Assembly (NCBI GenBank): GCA_963782015.1
Contig: CAWAHY010000004.1
Span: 759,488-823,487 of the forward strand
DNA: 64,000 nucleotides
Direction: 5' to 3'
DNA from: an uncultured Chloroflexia bacterium
GTDB lineage: Bacteria > Chloroflexota > Limnocylindria > QHBO01
Position numbers and translations under genes: made by a program. Positions 20,220 through 30,516 of the stretch are shown in pieces; within the stretch, counting starts at the first letter, position 1; each line of letters begins with the position of its first letter. The notes beneath the pieces were generated by a model that was not told where the DNA came from, made no database searches, and saw only the letters and a program-made list of their open reading frames with translations.

Positions 20220-21211
20220 CCGTCGAGCTGCCCTACGCTCCGGCGATCCCCGGGCTCCGCTTCCGGCGCCTGAGCCGCCCCGCCGACGACGCGGTGATCA
20301 GCGACCTCGTCAACGCCGCCGCCGTCGCGGACGGGACGCGGCATCGGCTCACGCCGGAGCAGGTCGCGTCGCTGGCTCGACCATCCGTCGCGGATGGACG
20401 TCAACGAGGACCTGCTGATCGCCGAGGTCGACGGGAAGGCGATCGGCTACGCCGAGGGCGGCTGGGAGCAGGACAACGACGGCGGCCGCAACTACTCGCT
20501 GCTGGGGGCAGGTGCACCCCGACTGGCGGCGCCAGGGACTCGGGACGGCGCTGCTGCGCTGGGTCGAGCGCCGCCAGGCGCAGGTGGCGGCCACGCAGCC
20601 GGCCGGCGTGGAGCGCCGCCTGGAGAGCTGGACGAGCGAATCGGAGGCCGGGCCGCATCGCCCTGCTGGAGGGGAACGGCTACCGGGTCGTTCGCTACGC
20701 CTACGAGATGGAGCGGCCGCACCTCGACAACATCCCGGACCTCCCGCTCCCCGACGGGATCGAGCTGCGGCCGGCGCGCGAGGAGGACCTGCGGCGCATC
20801 TGGGAGACCGAGGTGGAGGTCTTCCGCGACCACTGGGGCGCGATCGACGACAGCGAGGCGAGCTTCGAGCGCAAGCGGGCCGACCCGCGCCGCGACATGA
20901 GCCTGTGGGTGGTGGCCTGGCAGGGCGACGAGATCGTGGGCCAGGTCCTGAACCGGATCGACCGCGAGTCGAACGCGGAGCTGGGGCTGAAGGTCGGCTG
21001 GGTCAACTCGGTCGGCGTGCGACGCGCCTGGCGCCGTCGGGGCATCGCCCGCGCGCTGGTGGCCGAGAGCCTCCGCGTCCTGCGCGACGCCGGCATGACC
21101 TCCGCCGGGCTGGGGGTCGACGCCGAGAACGAGCTGGGGGCCATCCGGGTCTACACCTCGCTCGACTTCGCCGTGGTGCGAACCGAGCGGGTCTACCGCA
21201 AGCCGCTCTAG
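20216..21211 (+). CDS. Tandem-GNAT acetyltransferase 3 (frameshifts)
   Basis: HPDWRRQGLG, VGVRRAWRRRGIA, LGVDAENELGAIRVY. Confidence 0.8.
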   Translation: MTVELPYAPAIPGLRFRRLSRPADDAVISDLVNAAAVADGTRHRLTPEQVASLARPSVADGRQRGPADRRGRREGDRLRRGRLGAGQRRRPQLLAAGGRCTPTGGARDSGRRCCAGSSAARRRWRPRSRPAWSAAWRAGRANRRPGRIALLEGNGYRVVRYAYEMERPHLDNIPDLPLPDGIELRPAREEDLRRIWETEVEVFRDHWGAIDDSEASFERKRADPRRDMSLWVVAWQGDEIVGQVLNRIDRESNAELGLKVGWVNSVGVRRAWRRRGIARALVAESLRVLRDAGMTSAGLGVDAENELGAIRVYTSLDFAVVRTERVYRKPL

Positions 21212-22402
21212 CGGGCGATCGACCCGCTCTTCAGCGACCCGCTCACGGACCTCGCGGTAGAAGTCCACGATCCGCTCGGTGACCTTGTCCCACGAGTACT
21301 CCGGCGCCTTGGCGCGCCCCGCCTCGCCCATCCGGTGGCGCAGCTCCTCGTCATTCGCCAGGCGGTAGAGCGCCGCCGCCAGGGCGCGGTGGTTGCGCGG
21401 CTCGACCAGCAGCCCCTGGACGCCGCGCTGCACCACGTTCTTGTAGCCGTGGATGTCGGAGGCCACGATCGGGACGCCGGCGGCCATCGCCTCGAGTAGC
21501 ACGATCCCGAAGCTCTCCTGGCCGGTGGCGGGGGCGCAGAAGATGTCGGCGCTGGCGAAGTAGCGCGCCTTGGCGTCGTCGGAGACGCGGCCCAGGAACT
21601 CGACGTCGCGGATCTGGCGCAGCCCGACGTAGCGGCGGTACTCGCGCGCCTTTGGCCCGCTGCCGATCACCAGCAGCCGCGCGTCGACGTGTCGCTTGCG
21701 CAGGCGGTGGTAGGCGCGCAGCAGGTGGATCAGCCCCTTGCGCTCCTCGAAGCGGCCCACGAACAGGATGTTGATGGTGCCGTCGCGCAGCTCTTCGAAC
21801 GGCTCGGCATCGGCGAATCGGTCCAGGTCAACCCCGTTGGGGATGATCTGGTAGTCGCCGGGGAAGTAGCGGCCGATGAAGTGGCGCGCGGCCCCGCTGA
21901 CGGCGATCCGGCCGTGAAGCTTCGCGGAGAGCTGGCCCGCGAATCGGCTCCCGACCCAGTACGACGGCGAGAAGCCGCCGAACGCGTGAAAGGTGCCGAT
22001 GTTCACCGTCTCGGACTGGTCGAGGACGGTCGGCGACAGGAACGGCACGAACGGCTCGTGGAAGTGGAGGATGTCGAACCGATGCTCGGCCAGCAGCTCG
22101 CGCGCCCGCTCCTTGAAGCGCCAGCTGAGCGTCACGCGACCCATGCTGCCGTTGGCCGGGAAGGCGAAGCCGGTTCCCAGCCGGATCACGTGCCCCTCGG
22201 TGGTCCGCTCCTTGCCGTACTTGCTGGTGATGATCCAGACGTCGTGCCCCATCCGGCGCATCGCCTCGTAGGCGTGGCGGACGTGCTCATTCACGCCGCC
22301 GGGGTGCGGGTAGCCGTACGGGCTCACGATGCCGATCTTCAGGGGTGGACGGGCCGGGGTCGCGCCCGAGGCCGGGGCCGATGGGGCCAGCGTCTCAGTC
22401 AT
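21208..22402 (-). CDS. pimA: GT4 phosphatidylinositol mannosyltransferase, PimA-like (3' end inferred)
   Basis: KIGIVSPY..PGGV, LHFHEP, IIPNGVD, RKGL, GQESFGIVLLEAMAAG; clustered with ino1, pgsA-like and acyltransferase genes. Confidence 0.8.
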
Positions 22403-23161
22403 CGCCACTCTCCTGTGGGACGGAGAGTATGCCGCAGGTGCCGCGCCTTGGCGACGAGCTGCCGGCCGTAGACGCTCACGTTGTGCCAGTGGGTCCAGTA
22501 CTCCCCCTCGGCCTCGCGTGCTGCGCTCCACCACCGCGGCGCGGTACTGCTCGGCGCTCGAGCCGGGGAACCAGGTCCAGCCGGTCCCGACGTGCTCGAG
22601 CACGTGCGCGTCGGAGTTGCCGACCGCCGCGAGGCCCATCAGCTCGTTGAGGGCGGCGCGGTGCGGCCGGCGGGCGCGGCCGGCGACGCTGGGGTTGAGC
22701 ATCTCGATCGCGTCCAGCCGATGGCGCGCGTCGGGGTCGTGGTGCAGGCGCAGCAGGCTGCGGTGGCCGAGGCTCGGGGTGAGCGGCGCCAACGGGTGCG
22801 CCGCGATCGCGATCCCGCCCTGGTCGTGGATCCGCTCGATCGTCTCCTCCAGGGGACGCAGGGGCGGGATCCGCTCCTCCAGGAAGAGGGCCAGCACGTG
22901 GCCGCGCCGGGTCGTGATCTCCTCCCCGATGACGAGGCCGAAGTGGTAGTCGCCCGCCTCGTGCAGCTCGCGGGCGCGCAGCGCGCCGTCGATCCGCTCG
23001 TGGTCGGTGATGGCGACCAGGTCCAGGTCGGTCCGCTGCTCCACGTGGTCGAGCAGCGCCTGCACCTCCATCGTCCCGTCGGAGTAGAGGGTGTGCAGGT
23101 GCATGTCGGCGCGGCCACGCTCGCCGCCGCCCCGCGGTCGCCGCCCGCGCGCGTCAGCCAT
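22399..23161 (-). CDS. PHP-domain metallophosphoesterase (frameshift near 22515)
   Basis: DMHLHTLYSDG, AITDH, GEE, AHP, GNSDAH. Confidence 0.88.
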
Positions 23162-24051
23162 CGACCGGCGCTCGATCCGCGGGCCAGATCGGCTGGAATG
23201 CGCCGAACCACTGTTCCGGATTCGCCCCGATCGCCTCCTCGAAGCGCCTGCCGAGCGCCTCGGTCAGCGCGGCGGCGTCCGCGCGGCGGTCGCCGGTCAG
23301 CTCCACCTCGACCAGCCAGCCCCGCGCGTTGAAGCGCTCCGGCCCGATGCGCCAGCAGGCCGCCGCCATCAGCGGGCGACCGGTCAATAGCGCCAGGCTG
23401 GCTGGGCCGGTGGGGAGCGTGGTCGGCGCGCCGAAGAGGGTCACCGGGTGGCCGTCACCGGCGAAGTCGCGGTCCGCCGCGATGGCGACCACGCCGCCGG
23501 AGCGCAGCGCATCGACCATCGGCCGTCGCGCCCGGGAGACAGGGACCATCTCGACCCCGCGCCCGGTGCGCCCGGCGCTTGACGAGGTAGTCGAAGAGCG
23601 CCTTGGGCCGGATCTCCTCGATCGGGACCACCGCGTGCAGGCCGTGCGCCGCGAGGAACGAGCCGTAGGGCTCCGGGTTGCCGAAGTGGAGGGTGGCCAC
23701 CACCGCGCCCTGGCCCAGGACTGCCTTCCAGCGCTCCCACTCGTCGGCGCTGACCATGGCGCTCACCTGCTCGAGCGAGTCGTGGGGGATGCGAAGCACC
23801 TCGAGGTAATAGCGGGCGTGCTCCTGGAAGGCGCGCCGCACGAGCCGGCGAAAGGCGCGTCCCTGTGTCGGGCGCCCGGTGGCCGCGCAGACCCGCGCCA
23901 GGTTCGCGGCGACCACCGCGCGGCGCCCCGGAGCGAGCCGGTGCCAGGCGCGCCCGGCCAGGTCGGCCAGGGCATAGGCCGCGCCCCGCGGCAGCAGGTG
24001 GGCGACCAGGTCCGCGGCGCGCAGGCCCGCCCCCAGCAGCAGGCCTCCCAT
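23154..24051 (-). CDS. PIM/lipid A-type acyltransferase, PatA-like (frameshift near 23565)
   Basis: HFGNPE, ADRD, LFGAPTTLPTGPA, PEQW..FQPIW. Confidence 0.8.
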
Positions 24052-25052
24052 CACGCGGATCGCTTGGTCCAATCCTCGCCGCGGCGCGCCGCCTCGAGGG
24101 CCGCCCGCGCCCGGGCCCGATCCTCATCGGTCCCGGGCCAGACGCGGCGGAACATGTACCACTGGCCGGGGTCCTCGGCGATCACGCTGCCGAGGGCATC
24201 GGCGAGCGCCTGGGTGGCCCGGTAGATCTCCGCCGGCTCGTCGCTGGCCGCGGTGATGAGCGGCAGGCCGCGGGTCCGGAAGCGGTCGTCAGGGAGCCGC
24301 GTGCAGGCGACGGGGAGCATCGGCGCACCCGAGCGCGCGGAGAGCGCGGCGGGGCCGGCCGGGAAGGTGGTCGGCTCACCCAGGAACTCGACCGGCACGT
24401 CCCCCTCCTTGTAGCCGCCGTCGCAGAAGAGGACCATGTTGGACCCCTCCTTCAGCGCCTTGAAGAGGCCGCGCAGGCTGCGCCAGCCGATCAGGATGAG
24501 CCCGTGCCGGAGGCGGATCGCACGCAGGTGCTCGTACAGCCGCCCGTAGGTCGTGTCGTCGGCGATGACGTGCATCACGTGCCCGTGGCGGTGCAGGGCG
24601 GGGGCGATCAGGTCCATGCCGCCCACGTGGACGGTGCAGAGCAGCACGCCGCGCTCCCGCGCGCGGGCCTCGTCGAGCAGCTCCAGGTTGTCGATCTCGA
24701 CGAGCCGGGCGACGGCCTCCGAGTCGAGCGTCTCGAGGCGCATCACGTCGACGAGGTACTTGGCGTAGTTGCGGAACGCACGGCGCGCGGCACGACGCAC
24801 GCGGGGGTGATCCACCGGCAGGTGCAGGACGTGCGCCACGTTCTCGCGCACCAGCCCGCGCTTGTCGGCGGTGAGGTCGTGCGCCCCGTTGCCGGCCGCC
24901 GCCGCCAGCGGCAGCACCAGCCAGCGCGGCAGCAGGTTGATCACGCGCTCGCCGAGGCGGTAGGCCCAGTAGGTGAGCTGCTCCCGGCGACGCTCCTCCG
25001 ATGAGGCTTCGCGTGGCCGCTCGACGTCCGAGGCGCTGGCCGTGGTGGACAC
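24051..25052 (-). CDS. Second PatA-like acyltransferase
   Basis: AFRNYAKY, HVGGMD, VEFLGEPTTFPAGPA, PGQWYMFRRVW. Confidence 0.85.
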   Translation of the reverse strand: MSTTASASDVERPREASSEERRREQLTYWAYRLGERVINLLPRWLVLPLAAAAGNGAHDLTADKRGLVRENVAHVLHLPVDHPRVRRAARRAFRNYAKYLVDVMRLETLDSEAVARLVEIDNLELLDEARARERGVLLCTVHVGGMDLIAPALHRHGHVMHVIADDTTYGRLYEHLRAIRLRHGLILIGWRSLRGLFKALKEGSNMVLFCDGGYKEGDVPVEFLGEPTTFPAGPAALSARSGAPMLPVACTRLPDDRFRTRGLPLITAASDEPAEIYRATQALADALGSVIAEDPGQWYMFRRVWPGTDEDRARARAALEAARRGEDWTKRSA

Positions 25053-25056
25053 CGCG

Positions 25057-26259
25057 TCAGTCGGCGGTGACGGCGGCCCTGGCCCTGGCCGGCGCGAGCC
25101 GGCGCTGGGTGCTCTTGGGCGGCGTCTCGGTGCCGACCAGCGTCTCGTTGTCGTCGCCGCGGATGAAGGCCTCCACCCGCTCCCGGGCCACGTCGTCGTG
25201 GATCTGGCGCGGAGGGCTCTTCATGAAGTAGGACGACGGCGCGACGAGCGTGCCGACCAGGCCGCGATCCAGGCCCAGCTTCAGGCAGCGGATCGCATCG
25301 GTGATGACGCCGGCGCTGTTCGGCGAGTCCCAGACCTCGAGCTTGAGCTCCAGGTTGAGCGGCACGTCGCCGTAGGTGGTGCCCTCCATCCGGATGTGGC
25401 ACCACTTGCGGTCCTTCAGCCAGGGCACGTAGTCGGACGGGCCGACGTGCACGTTGTCCTCGTCGATCTCGTAGTCGAGCATCGAGGTCATGGCGTTCGT
25501 CTTGCTGATCTTCTTGGACTCGAGCCGCTCGCGCTCCAGCATGTTGAGGAAGTCGGTGTTGCCACCGAAGTTGAGCTGGTAGGTGCGGTCGATCCGCACG
25601 CCGCGGTCCATGAAGAGGCGGGTCAGGACCCGATGCGTGATGGTCGCGCCGACCTGGCTCTTGATGTCGTCACCGATGATCGGCAGGCCGCGCTCGGCGA
25701 AGCGCCGCTGCCAGTACGGCTCGCGGCCGATGAAGACCGGGATGGCGTTGATGAAGCCGACGCCCGCCTGCAGCGCCTGCTCGACGTACCACTTGGTCGC
25801 CTCCTCGCTGCCGACCGGCAGGTAGGAGACCATGACGTCGACCTTGCGCTCCTTGAGGATGCCGACCACGTCGGCGGTGGGGCCGGGCGCCTTCTCGATC
25901 ACCTCGGACAGGTACTTGCCGAGCCCGTCGTGGGTCATGCCGCGGTCCACCGTCACGCCGGTGTGCGGCACGTCGGAGAACTTGAAGGTGTTGTTCTGCC
26001 CGGCGAAGACCGCCTCGGAGAGATCCTTGCCGACCTTGGTCTTGTCGATGTCGAAGGCGGCCACGAACTCGATGTCGCGGATCCGGTAGCCGCCCAGGTT
26101 GACGTGCATCAGGCCGGGGACGTGGTCGGAGTCCTTCGTCTTCTCGTAGTAGTAGCGGCCCTGCACCAGGCTCGACGCGCAGTTGCCGACCCCCACGATC
26201 GCCACCCGGATCTTGCCATCGGCGGGCCGATGCCCGTTCTTGCCGTTGCTGCTCGCCAC
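25057..26259 (-). CDS. ino1: myo-Inositol-1-phosphate synthase
   Basis: [45 protein letters not shown]. Confidence 0.96.
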   Translation of the reverse strand: MASSNGKNGHRPADGKIRVAIVGVGNCASSLVQGRYYYEKTKDSDHVPGLMHVNLGGYRIRDIEFVAAFDIDKTKVGKDLSEAVFAGQNNTFKFSDVPHTGVTVDRGMTHDGLGKYLSEVIEKAPGPTADVVGILKERKVDVMVSYLPVGSEEATKWYVEQALQAGVGFINAIPVFIGREPYWQRRFAERGLPIIGDDIKSQVGATITHRVLTRLFMDRGVRIDRTYQLNFGGNTDFLNMLERERLESKKISKTNAMTSMLDYEIDEDNVHVGPSDYVPWLKDRKWCHIRMEGTTYGDVPLNLELKLEVWDSPNSAGVITDAIRCLKLGLDRGLVGTLVAPSSYFMKSPPRQIHDDVARERVEAFIRGDDNETLVGTETPPKSTQRRLAPARARAAVTAD

Positions 26260-26264
26260 GATTG

Positions 26265-26927
26265 CTATCTCTCCTGTGTCGCTTCGACCTGCTGGCGGAC
26301 GTGCCAGATGCGTTGGACGGTGGTGGCCGCCGACAGGGCGGCGATGATCCCGATGGCGCCCAGGAGGCCGATCTCGAGGCCCATCCCGGCCAGGCCGATG
26401 CCGGCCACGATGAGGACGAGACGTTCCGTCCGGGGCGCGAGCCCGACCGAGGCGGTGAGGCCGATCGCCTCCGCCTTGGCGCGCGTGTAGCTGACCATGA
26501 ATGAGCCCGACAGGGCGGCCAGGGCGAGGAGCACCGGCCAGACCGGATCGACGGTGGCGCCGAGCAGGTAGGCGACGATGCCGAGGTAGAGGATCGCCTC
26601 CGCGGCGCGGTCCAGGGTCGAGTCGAGGAAGCCGCCGAAGGTCGTGCTGCCCCCGGTCGCGCGGGCCAGGGCGCCGTCCACGGCGTCCAGGAGCGAGCCG
26701 AAGACGAGCACCGCCGCGCCGACCAGGAGCTGCCCGATCGCAATCAGGCCGGCCGCCACGACCACGATGCAGAAGCCCGCCACGGTCACGCGGTTGGCGG
26801 TGATCCCAAGCCGCTGTGCGAGGCGCACGAGCGGCGCGAGGAAGGCGCGGCCCGCCTCCTTGAGCCGGTTCGAGAGGAGGGAGCTGCCGCGTGGCAGCTC
26901 GCCGGCGCTCGGATGGCTAGCCGACAT
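26265..26927 (-). CDS. CDP-alcohol phosphatidyltransferase (phosphatidylinositol-phosphate synthase-like)
   Basis: [19 protein letters not shown] signature, SYTRAKAE; adjacent to ino1. Confidence 0.9.
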   Translation of the reverse strand: MSASHPSAGELPRGSSLLSNRLKEAGRAFLAPLVRLAQRLGITANRVTVAGFCIVVVAAGLIAIGQLLVGAAVLVFGSLLDAVDGALARATGGSTTFGGFLDSTLDRAAEAILYLGIVAYLLGATVDPVWPVLLALAALSGSFMVSYTRAKAEAIGLTASVGLAPRTERLVLIVAGIGLAGMGLEIGLLGAIGIIAALSAATTVQRIWHVRQQVEATQER

Positions 26928-27279
26928 CGGCCACCTCGGACGCGCCGCTGGGGCGCGCCATGCCGATCCCGGAGGTCCCGCCGATGAGACGCGCCTCGGC
27001 CTCGTGCAGCTCCTCGAACGCGGCGGTGCGCAGGCGACAGATCACCTCGCGGCCCTGGCGCTGCGTCTCGACCAGGTTGGCCAGGCGCAGGATGCGGAGG
27101 TGCCAGCTGATGAGCGGCTGCGACAGGACGACGCGCGCCGACAGCTCGTTGACGGGCATCGGGCCGAATTCGGCCAGCAGGCTGATGACGCGGAGGCGCG
27201 TCTCGTCGCCCAGTGCGCGATAGAAGGTCCTGAGGCGGCGCAGGTCCCGCTCGGCGCGGGTCTCGGGAGCAAGGGTCAT
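26917..27279 (-). CDS. ArsR/SmtB family regulator
   Basis: ALGDETRLRVI..SQPLISWHLRILR. Confidence 0.9.
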   Translation of the reverse strand: MTLAPETRAERDLRRLRTFYRALGDETRLRVISLLAEFGPMPVNELSARVVLSQPLISWHLRILRLANLVETQRQGREVICRLRTAAFEELHEAEARLIGGTSGIGMARPSGASEVADVG

Positions 27280-27294
27280 TGCGTAGCGCTTCTT

Positions 27295-27328
27295 TATCAA
27301 ATGCGGGTTGATATAAGCGGGGGCTTAT
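27295..27328. promoter_or_regulatory. Putative operator palindromes upstream of the ArsR gene
   Basis: TATCAA-N7-TTGATA (27295-27313) abutting ATAAGC..GCTTAT in an AT-rich patch. Confidence 0.55.
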
Positions 27329-27416
27329 GATATTGGGCGGTCGATGGGGCGTCAAGGGGTACATTTGGGCCGGTGCTAGACTGCCGCGCAGCGGGGCCCG
27401 CCGCGATCGAGGAGGT

Positions 27417-28229
27417 GTGACCCTGACGAGTTCGACGCCCGACGCGCTGTGGGCCTCCCAGTCGCTGCGCCTGCTCAGGCCGGCATCCGTCGTGTGCGAG
27501 GGCCTGACCCGCGGCTTCCGCGGCCATCGCCTGCTCGACGACCTCGCCCTGGTCGTCGGCGTCGGGGCGCGGCTGCTGGTCGTCTCGCGACCCGAGGAGT
27601 CGGCGCCGATGCTGCTCCGCATCCTGGCCGGCCTCGCCCACGCCCGCGCCGGAACGGTGCGGCTGGCCGGCGTCACGCTCGCCGACGACTCACCCGCGGG
27701 CTGGGCACGCCGCGTCGGGTACGTCGGCCCTGAGGCCGGCATCTACCCGTGGATGACGCCGCGCGAGGTGCTCGACCTGGCCGGGCGCCTGGCCGAGTAC
27801 GACACGGCCGAGCGCCACCACCGGATCGACATCATGGCCGAGCACTATCGGTTCGGCGTCCAGCTTGACGAGCCGGTGCGGCGTGGCGGCGTGCCGCTGG
27901 CCGAGAAGGTGGCCCTGGCGGCCGCGATGCTGACCGACCCCGAGGTGCTGCTCCTCAACGAACCGCTGCGCTCGGTCGATCCCGAGGAGCGGTCGCGCCT
28001 GCTGGCGATCCCCGGTCGGCGCCGCACGGTGCTCATCACCAGCCGCTTCCCGGCCAGCGAGGCGGGGCTGGTCAACCAGGTCGCCTTCCTGCGCGACGGG
28101 CGGCTGCTGGTGCATGCCCCCGTCCGCGAGCTCGACGAGCGCGGCCTGACCCTCTCGCAGCGGGGGATCGAGGCGCTCGCCGGCGTGATCACGATCAACC
28201 CCCAGAAGGCGGCGGCGCTGAGCCGATGA
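27417..28229 (+). CDS. Degenerate ABC ATPase-like protein
   Basis: ABC fold cues (LLRILAGL, RVGYV, IYPWMTPRE, DPEVLLLNEP) but no Walker A. Confidence 0.75.
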   Translation: MTLTSSTPDALWASQSLRLLRPASVVCEGLTRGFRGHRLLDDLALVVGVGARLLVVSRPEESAPMLLRILAGLAHARAGTVRLAGVTLADDSPAGWARRVGYVGPEAGIYPWMTPREVLDLAGRLAEYDTAERHHRIDIMAEHYRFGVQLDEPVRRGGVPLAEKVALAAAMLTDPEVLLLNEPLRSVDPEERSRLLAIPGRRRTVLITSRFPASEAGLVNQVAFLRDGRLLVHAPVRELDERGLTLSQRGIEALAGVITINPQKAAALSR

Positions 28230-28945
28230 ACCGGCTGCGCACGCTCACCTGGATGGCGCTTCACGAGATGTGGATCAGCTTCCGGCTGATCGGCGTGATC
28301 GGGCTGCCGCTGCTCGGCGGGCTGCTGGCGATCGTGGTGCCGCCCGACCTGGTGGGCGTCACGGCGGTGGGCAGCGCCGGGTTCTGGTACGGGGTGGGCG
28401 CGAGCGTCGCGATCGCCGTCTCGGCTGGCCTCGCGGCCGGCACCATGGCCCACGAGCGCGACCGCGGCACGGTGGCCTGGATGGCGGTCCGTGCCGTCCC
28501 GCGCTCCGCGATCCTCCTCTCCTGGTTCGTCGCGTTCGGCCTCCTGCTGGCCGTCGGCATCGTGCTCGGCTCGATGGGGGCATGGCTCGCGGCGCTTGGA
28601 CGCGCCGAGACGGTGCCGGACGCGATGCCATACGCCGCCGCGGTGGGGGCCACCATCGGCGCGGCGCTGGCGGCGGTGGCGACGGGGCTCCTGCTCGGTG
28701 CCTTCCTGCCGACCCTCCCCGCCACCCTGCTGGCCGTCGGGGTGGGCGGGGTGCTGCTCGCGGCGGCCCTGGCGACCGCGCCGGGAGGATTGCCGAGCCC
28801 GACCGGCGGGATCGGGTTGCTGGCACACCTCGATGGGACGGCCCGGCCGGTCGGCGACGCGCTCCGCTCGGGGGGAGCCGCGCTGGCGGCCACCGCGGTC
28901 CTGCTGGTCCTGGCGGTGGTGGGCCTTCAGCGCAGCGACCTGTGA
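28226..28945 (+). CDS. ABC-2-like permease
   Basis: Multiple TM segments, ERDRGT motif. Confidence 0.7.
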   Translation: MNRLRTLTWMALHEMWISFRLIGVIGLPLLGGLLAIVVPPDLVGVTAVGSAGFWYGVGASVAIAVSAGLAAGTMAHERDRGTVAWMAVRAVPRSAILLSWFVAFGLLLAVGIVLGSMGAWLAALGRAETVPDAMPYAAAVGATIGAALAAVATGLLLGAFLPTLPATLLAVGVGGVLLAAALATAPGGLPSPTGGIGLLAHLDGTARPVGDALRSGGAALAATAVLLVLAVVGLQRSDL

Positions 28946-30516
28946 CGGTGGCCGGCCTGGGGCGCTCCCCGGCGAGCGCCTGGGGGATCCTGGTGGTCGC
29001 CTCGCTCGGCGTCTTCCTCGGCGGCGCGGAGCTGATGGTGGTCGCCATCGCGCTGCCGTCGATCGTGGCCGACTTCGGCGGCTGGGGCGACCTCGCCCAC
29101 GCCAGCTGGATCGTCAACGCCTACCTGCTCGCCTATGTCGTGGCCATGCCCCTCGCCGGACGGGCCGCCGACCTGTGGGGCGCACGGCGCCTCTACCTCG
29201 TCGCGCTGGCGCTCTTCTGCCTGGGCAGCCTGGGAGCGGGCCTCTCGCCGATCGCCGGCCCCGAGGCCGGGCTCGACTGGCTGATCGCCGCTCGCGTGGT
29301 CCAGGGCTTCGGCGGCGGGGCGCTCGTCCCCCTCTCGATGGCGCTCGCCAGCCACCTCTTCGCCGGTCGAGCGCGCGCCACGGCGCTCGGGATCGAGGGG
29401 GCGGCCACGTTCGTGGGGATGGCCGTCGGACCGGCCTACGGGGCCTGGGTGCTCCTGAACGTGTCGCTCCCGATCCCCGGGCTCGACCTGAGCGGCTGGC
29501 AGTGGATCTTCTTCCTCAACGTGCCGGCCGGGATCCTCACCCTGCTGCTGCTGTACGTGGTGGCGGGCGGGGTCGAGACGCCGCGCGCGCGGGGCGGCAT
29601 CGACCTGGTCGGCGGGCTGCTGGTCGCGCTGACCCTGGTGGTCGGGGTCGGAGCGCTCTCGCTGGCCGGACAGCGTGGCTGGGGCGACCCGGCGATCCTG
29701 CTGGGGCTCGCCGCAGCGGTCCTGCTCGGGGTCGGCTTCGTCCTGCGCGAGCTGCGGCAGGCGACGCCGCTCATCAACCCGCGCCTCTTCCTCGACGCCC
29801 GCTTCGCGGCCTCGAACGGGGTGAGCCTGCTCACCGGCTACACCCTGGCGACCGCGATCATCGGCGGCCCGGTCTTCGTCAACCGGGTGCTGAACGCCGG
29901 CGCGGACCGATCGGCGGAGGCGCTCACCGCGCTGACCCTGGCGATCGCCGTGGGAGCCGTGGTGGGTGGCGTGGCGTCCGGCTGGATCGGCCAGCGGCTG
30001 ACGGCGGTGGCCGGCGTGGGGCTGACGGTGATCGGCCTGGCGCTGGCGTCCGGCTGGGGGGTCGACAGCGGCCTGTCGCGGCTCCAGCGCGACCTGGCCG
30101 TCTTCGGCGTGGGGTTCGGGCTCACCGTCTCGCCGCGCGCGACGGCGGCGGTGGAGGCGGCGGGGGCATCGGCCTATGGGGTGGCCAGCGCCATGCTGCA
30201 GGTGACCCGCACGGTGGGAATGAGCGTGGGCCTGGCGCTCCTGACGAGCATCGGCCAGAACCGGATCGACGAGCTGAACGCGCTGGTCAACGACCCGGTG
30301 CGGCGGGATGCGCTGGTGACCACCCTGGGACACCCCGAGTTCGTGGGGGTCGATCCACGGGGCAGCCTGGCGCTGGTCGACCTGCTCGAGGCCTGGTCAC
30401 GCGGCGAGGCGGCGGGGGTCCTGCGCCTGGTCCTCCAGATCGCGCTGGCGGTGGCGGCGCTCACGATCGTCCCCGCGCTCCTCGTCGAGGGAAGGCGGCG
30501 GACGCGGGCTAGCTGA
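28942..30516 (+). CDS. MFS transporter (DHA2/EmrB-like)
   Basis: VALPSI, WIVNAYLL, ARVVQGFGGG, WQWIFFLNVP. Confidence 0.9.
   Translation: MTVAGLGRSPASAWGILVVASLGVFLGGAELMVVAIALPSIVADFGGWGDLAHASWIVNAYLLAYVVAMPLAGRAADLWGARRLYLVALALFCLGSLGAGLSPIAGPEAGLDWLIAARVVQGFGGGALVPLSMALASHLFAGRARATALGIEGAATFVGMAVGPAYGAWVLLNVSLPIPGLDLSGWQWIFFLNVPAGILTLLLLYVVAGGVETPRARGGIDLVGGLLVALTLVVGVGALSLAGQRGWGDPAILLGLAAAVLLGVGFVLRELRQATPLINPRLFLDARFAASNGVSLLTGYTLATAIIGGPVFVNRVLNAGADRSAEALTALTLAIAVGAVVGGVASGWIGQRLTAVAGVGLTVIGLALASGWGVDSGLSRLQRDLAVFGVGFGLTVSPRATAAVEAAGASAYGVASAMLQVTRTVGMSVGLALLTSIGQNRIDELNALVNDPVRRDALVTTLGHPEFVGVDPRGSLALVDLLEAWSRGEAAGVLRLVLQIALAVAALTIVPALLVEGRRRTRAS

Noticed and set aside
20492-23161. 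889-aa ORF that looks like a PHP-GT4 fusion
   Set aside because: Produced by frameshifts; an ATGA overlap at 22399-22402 indicates two genes, and the tail is antisense to GNAT 3.
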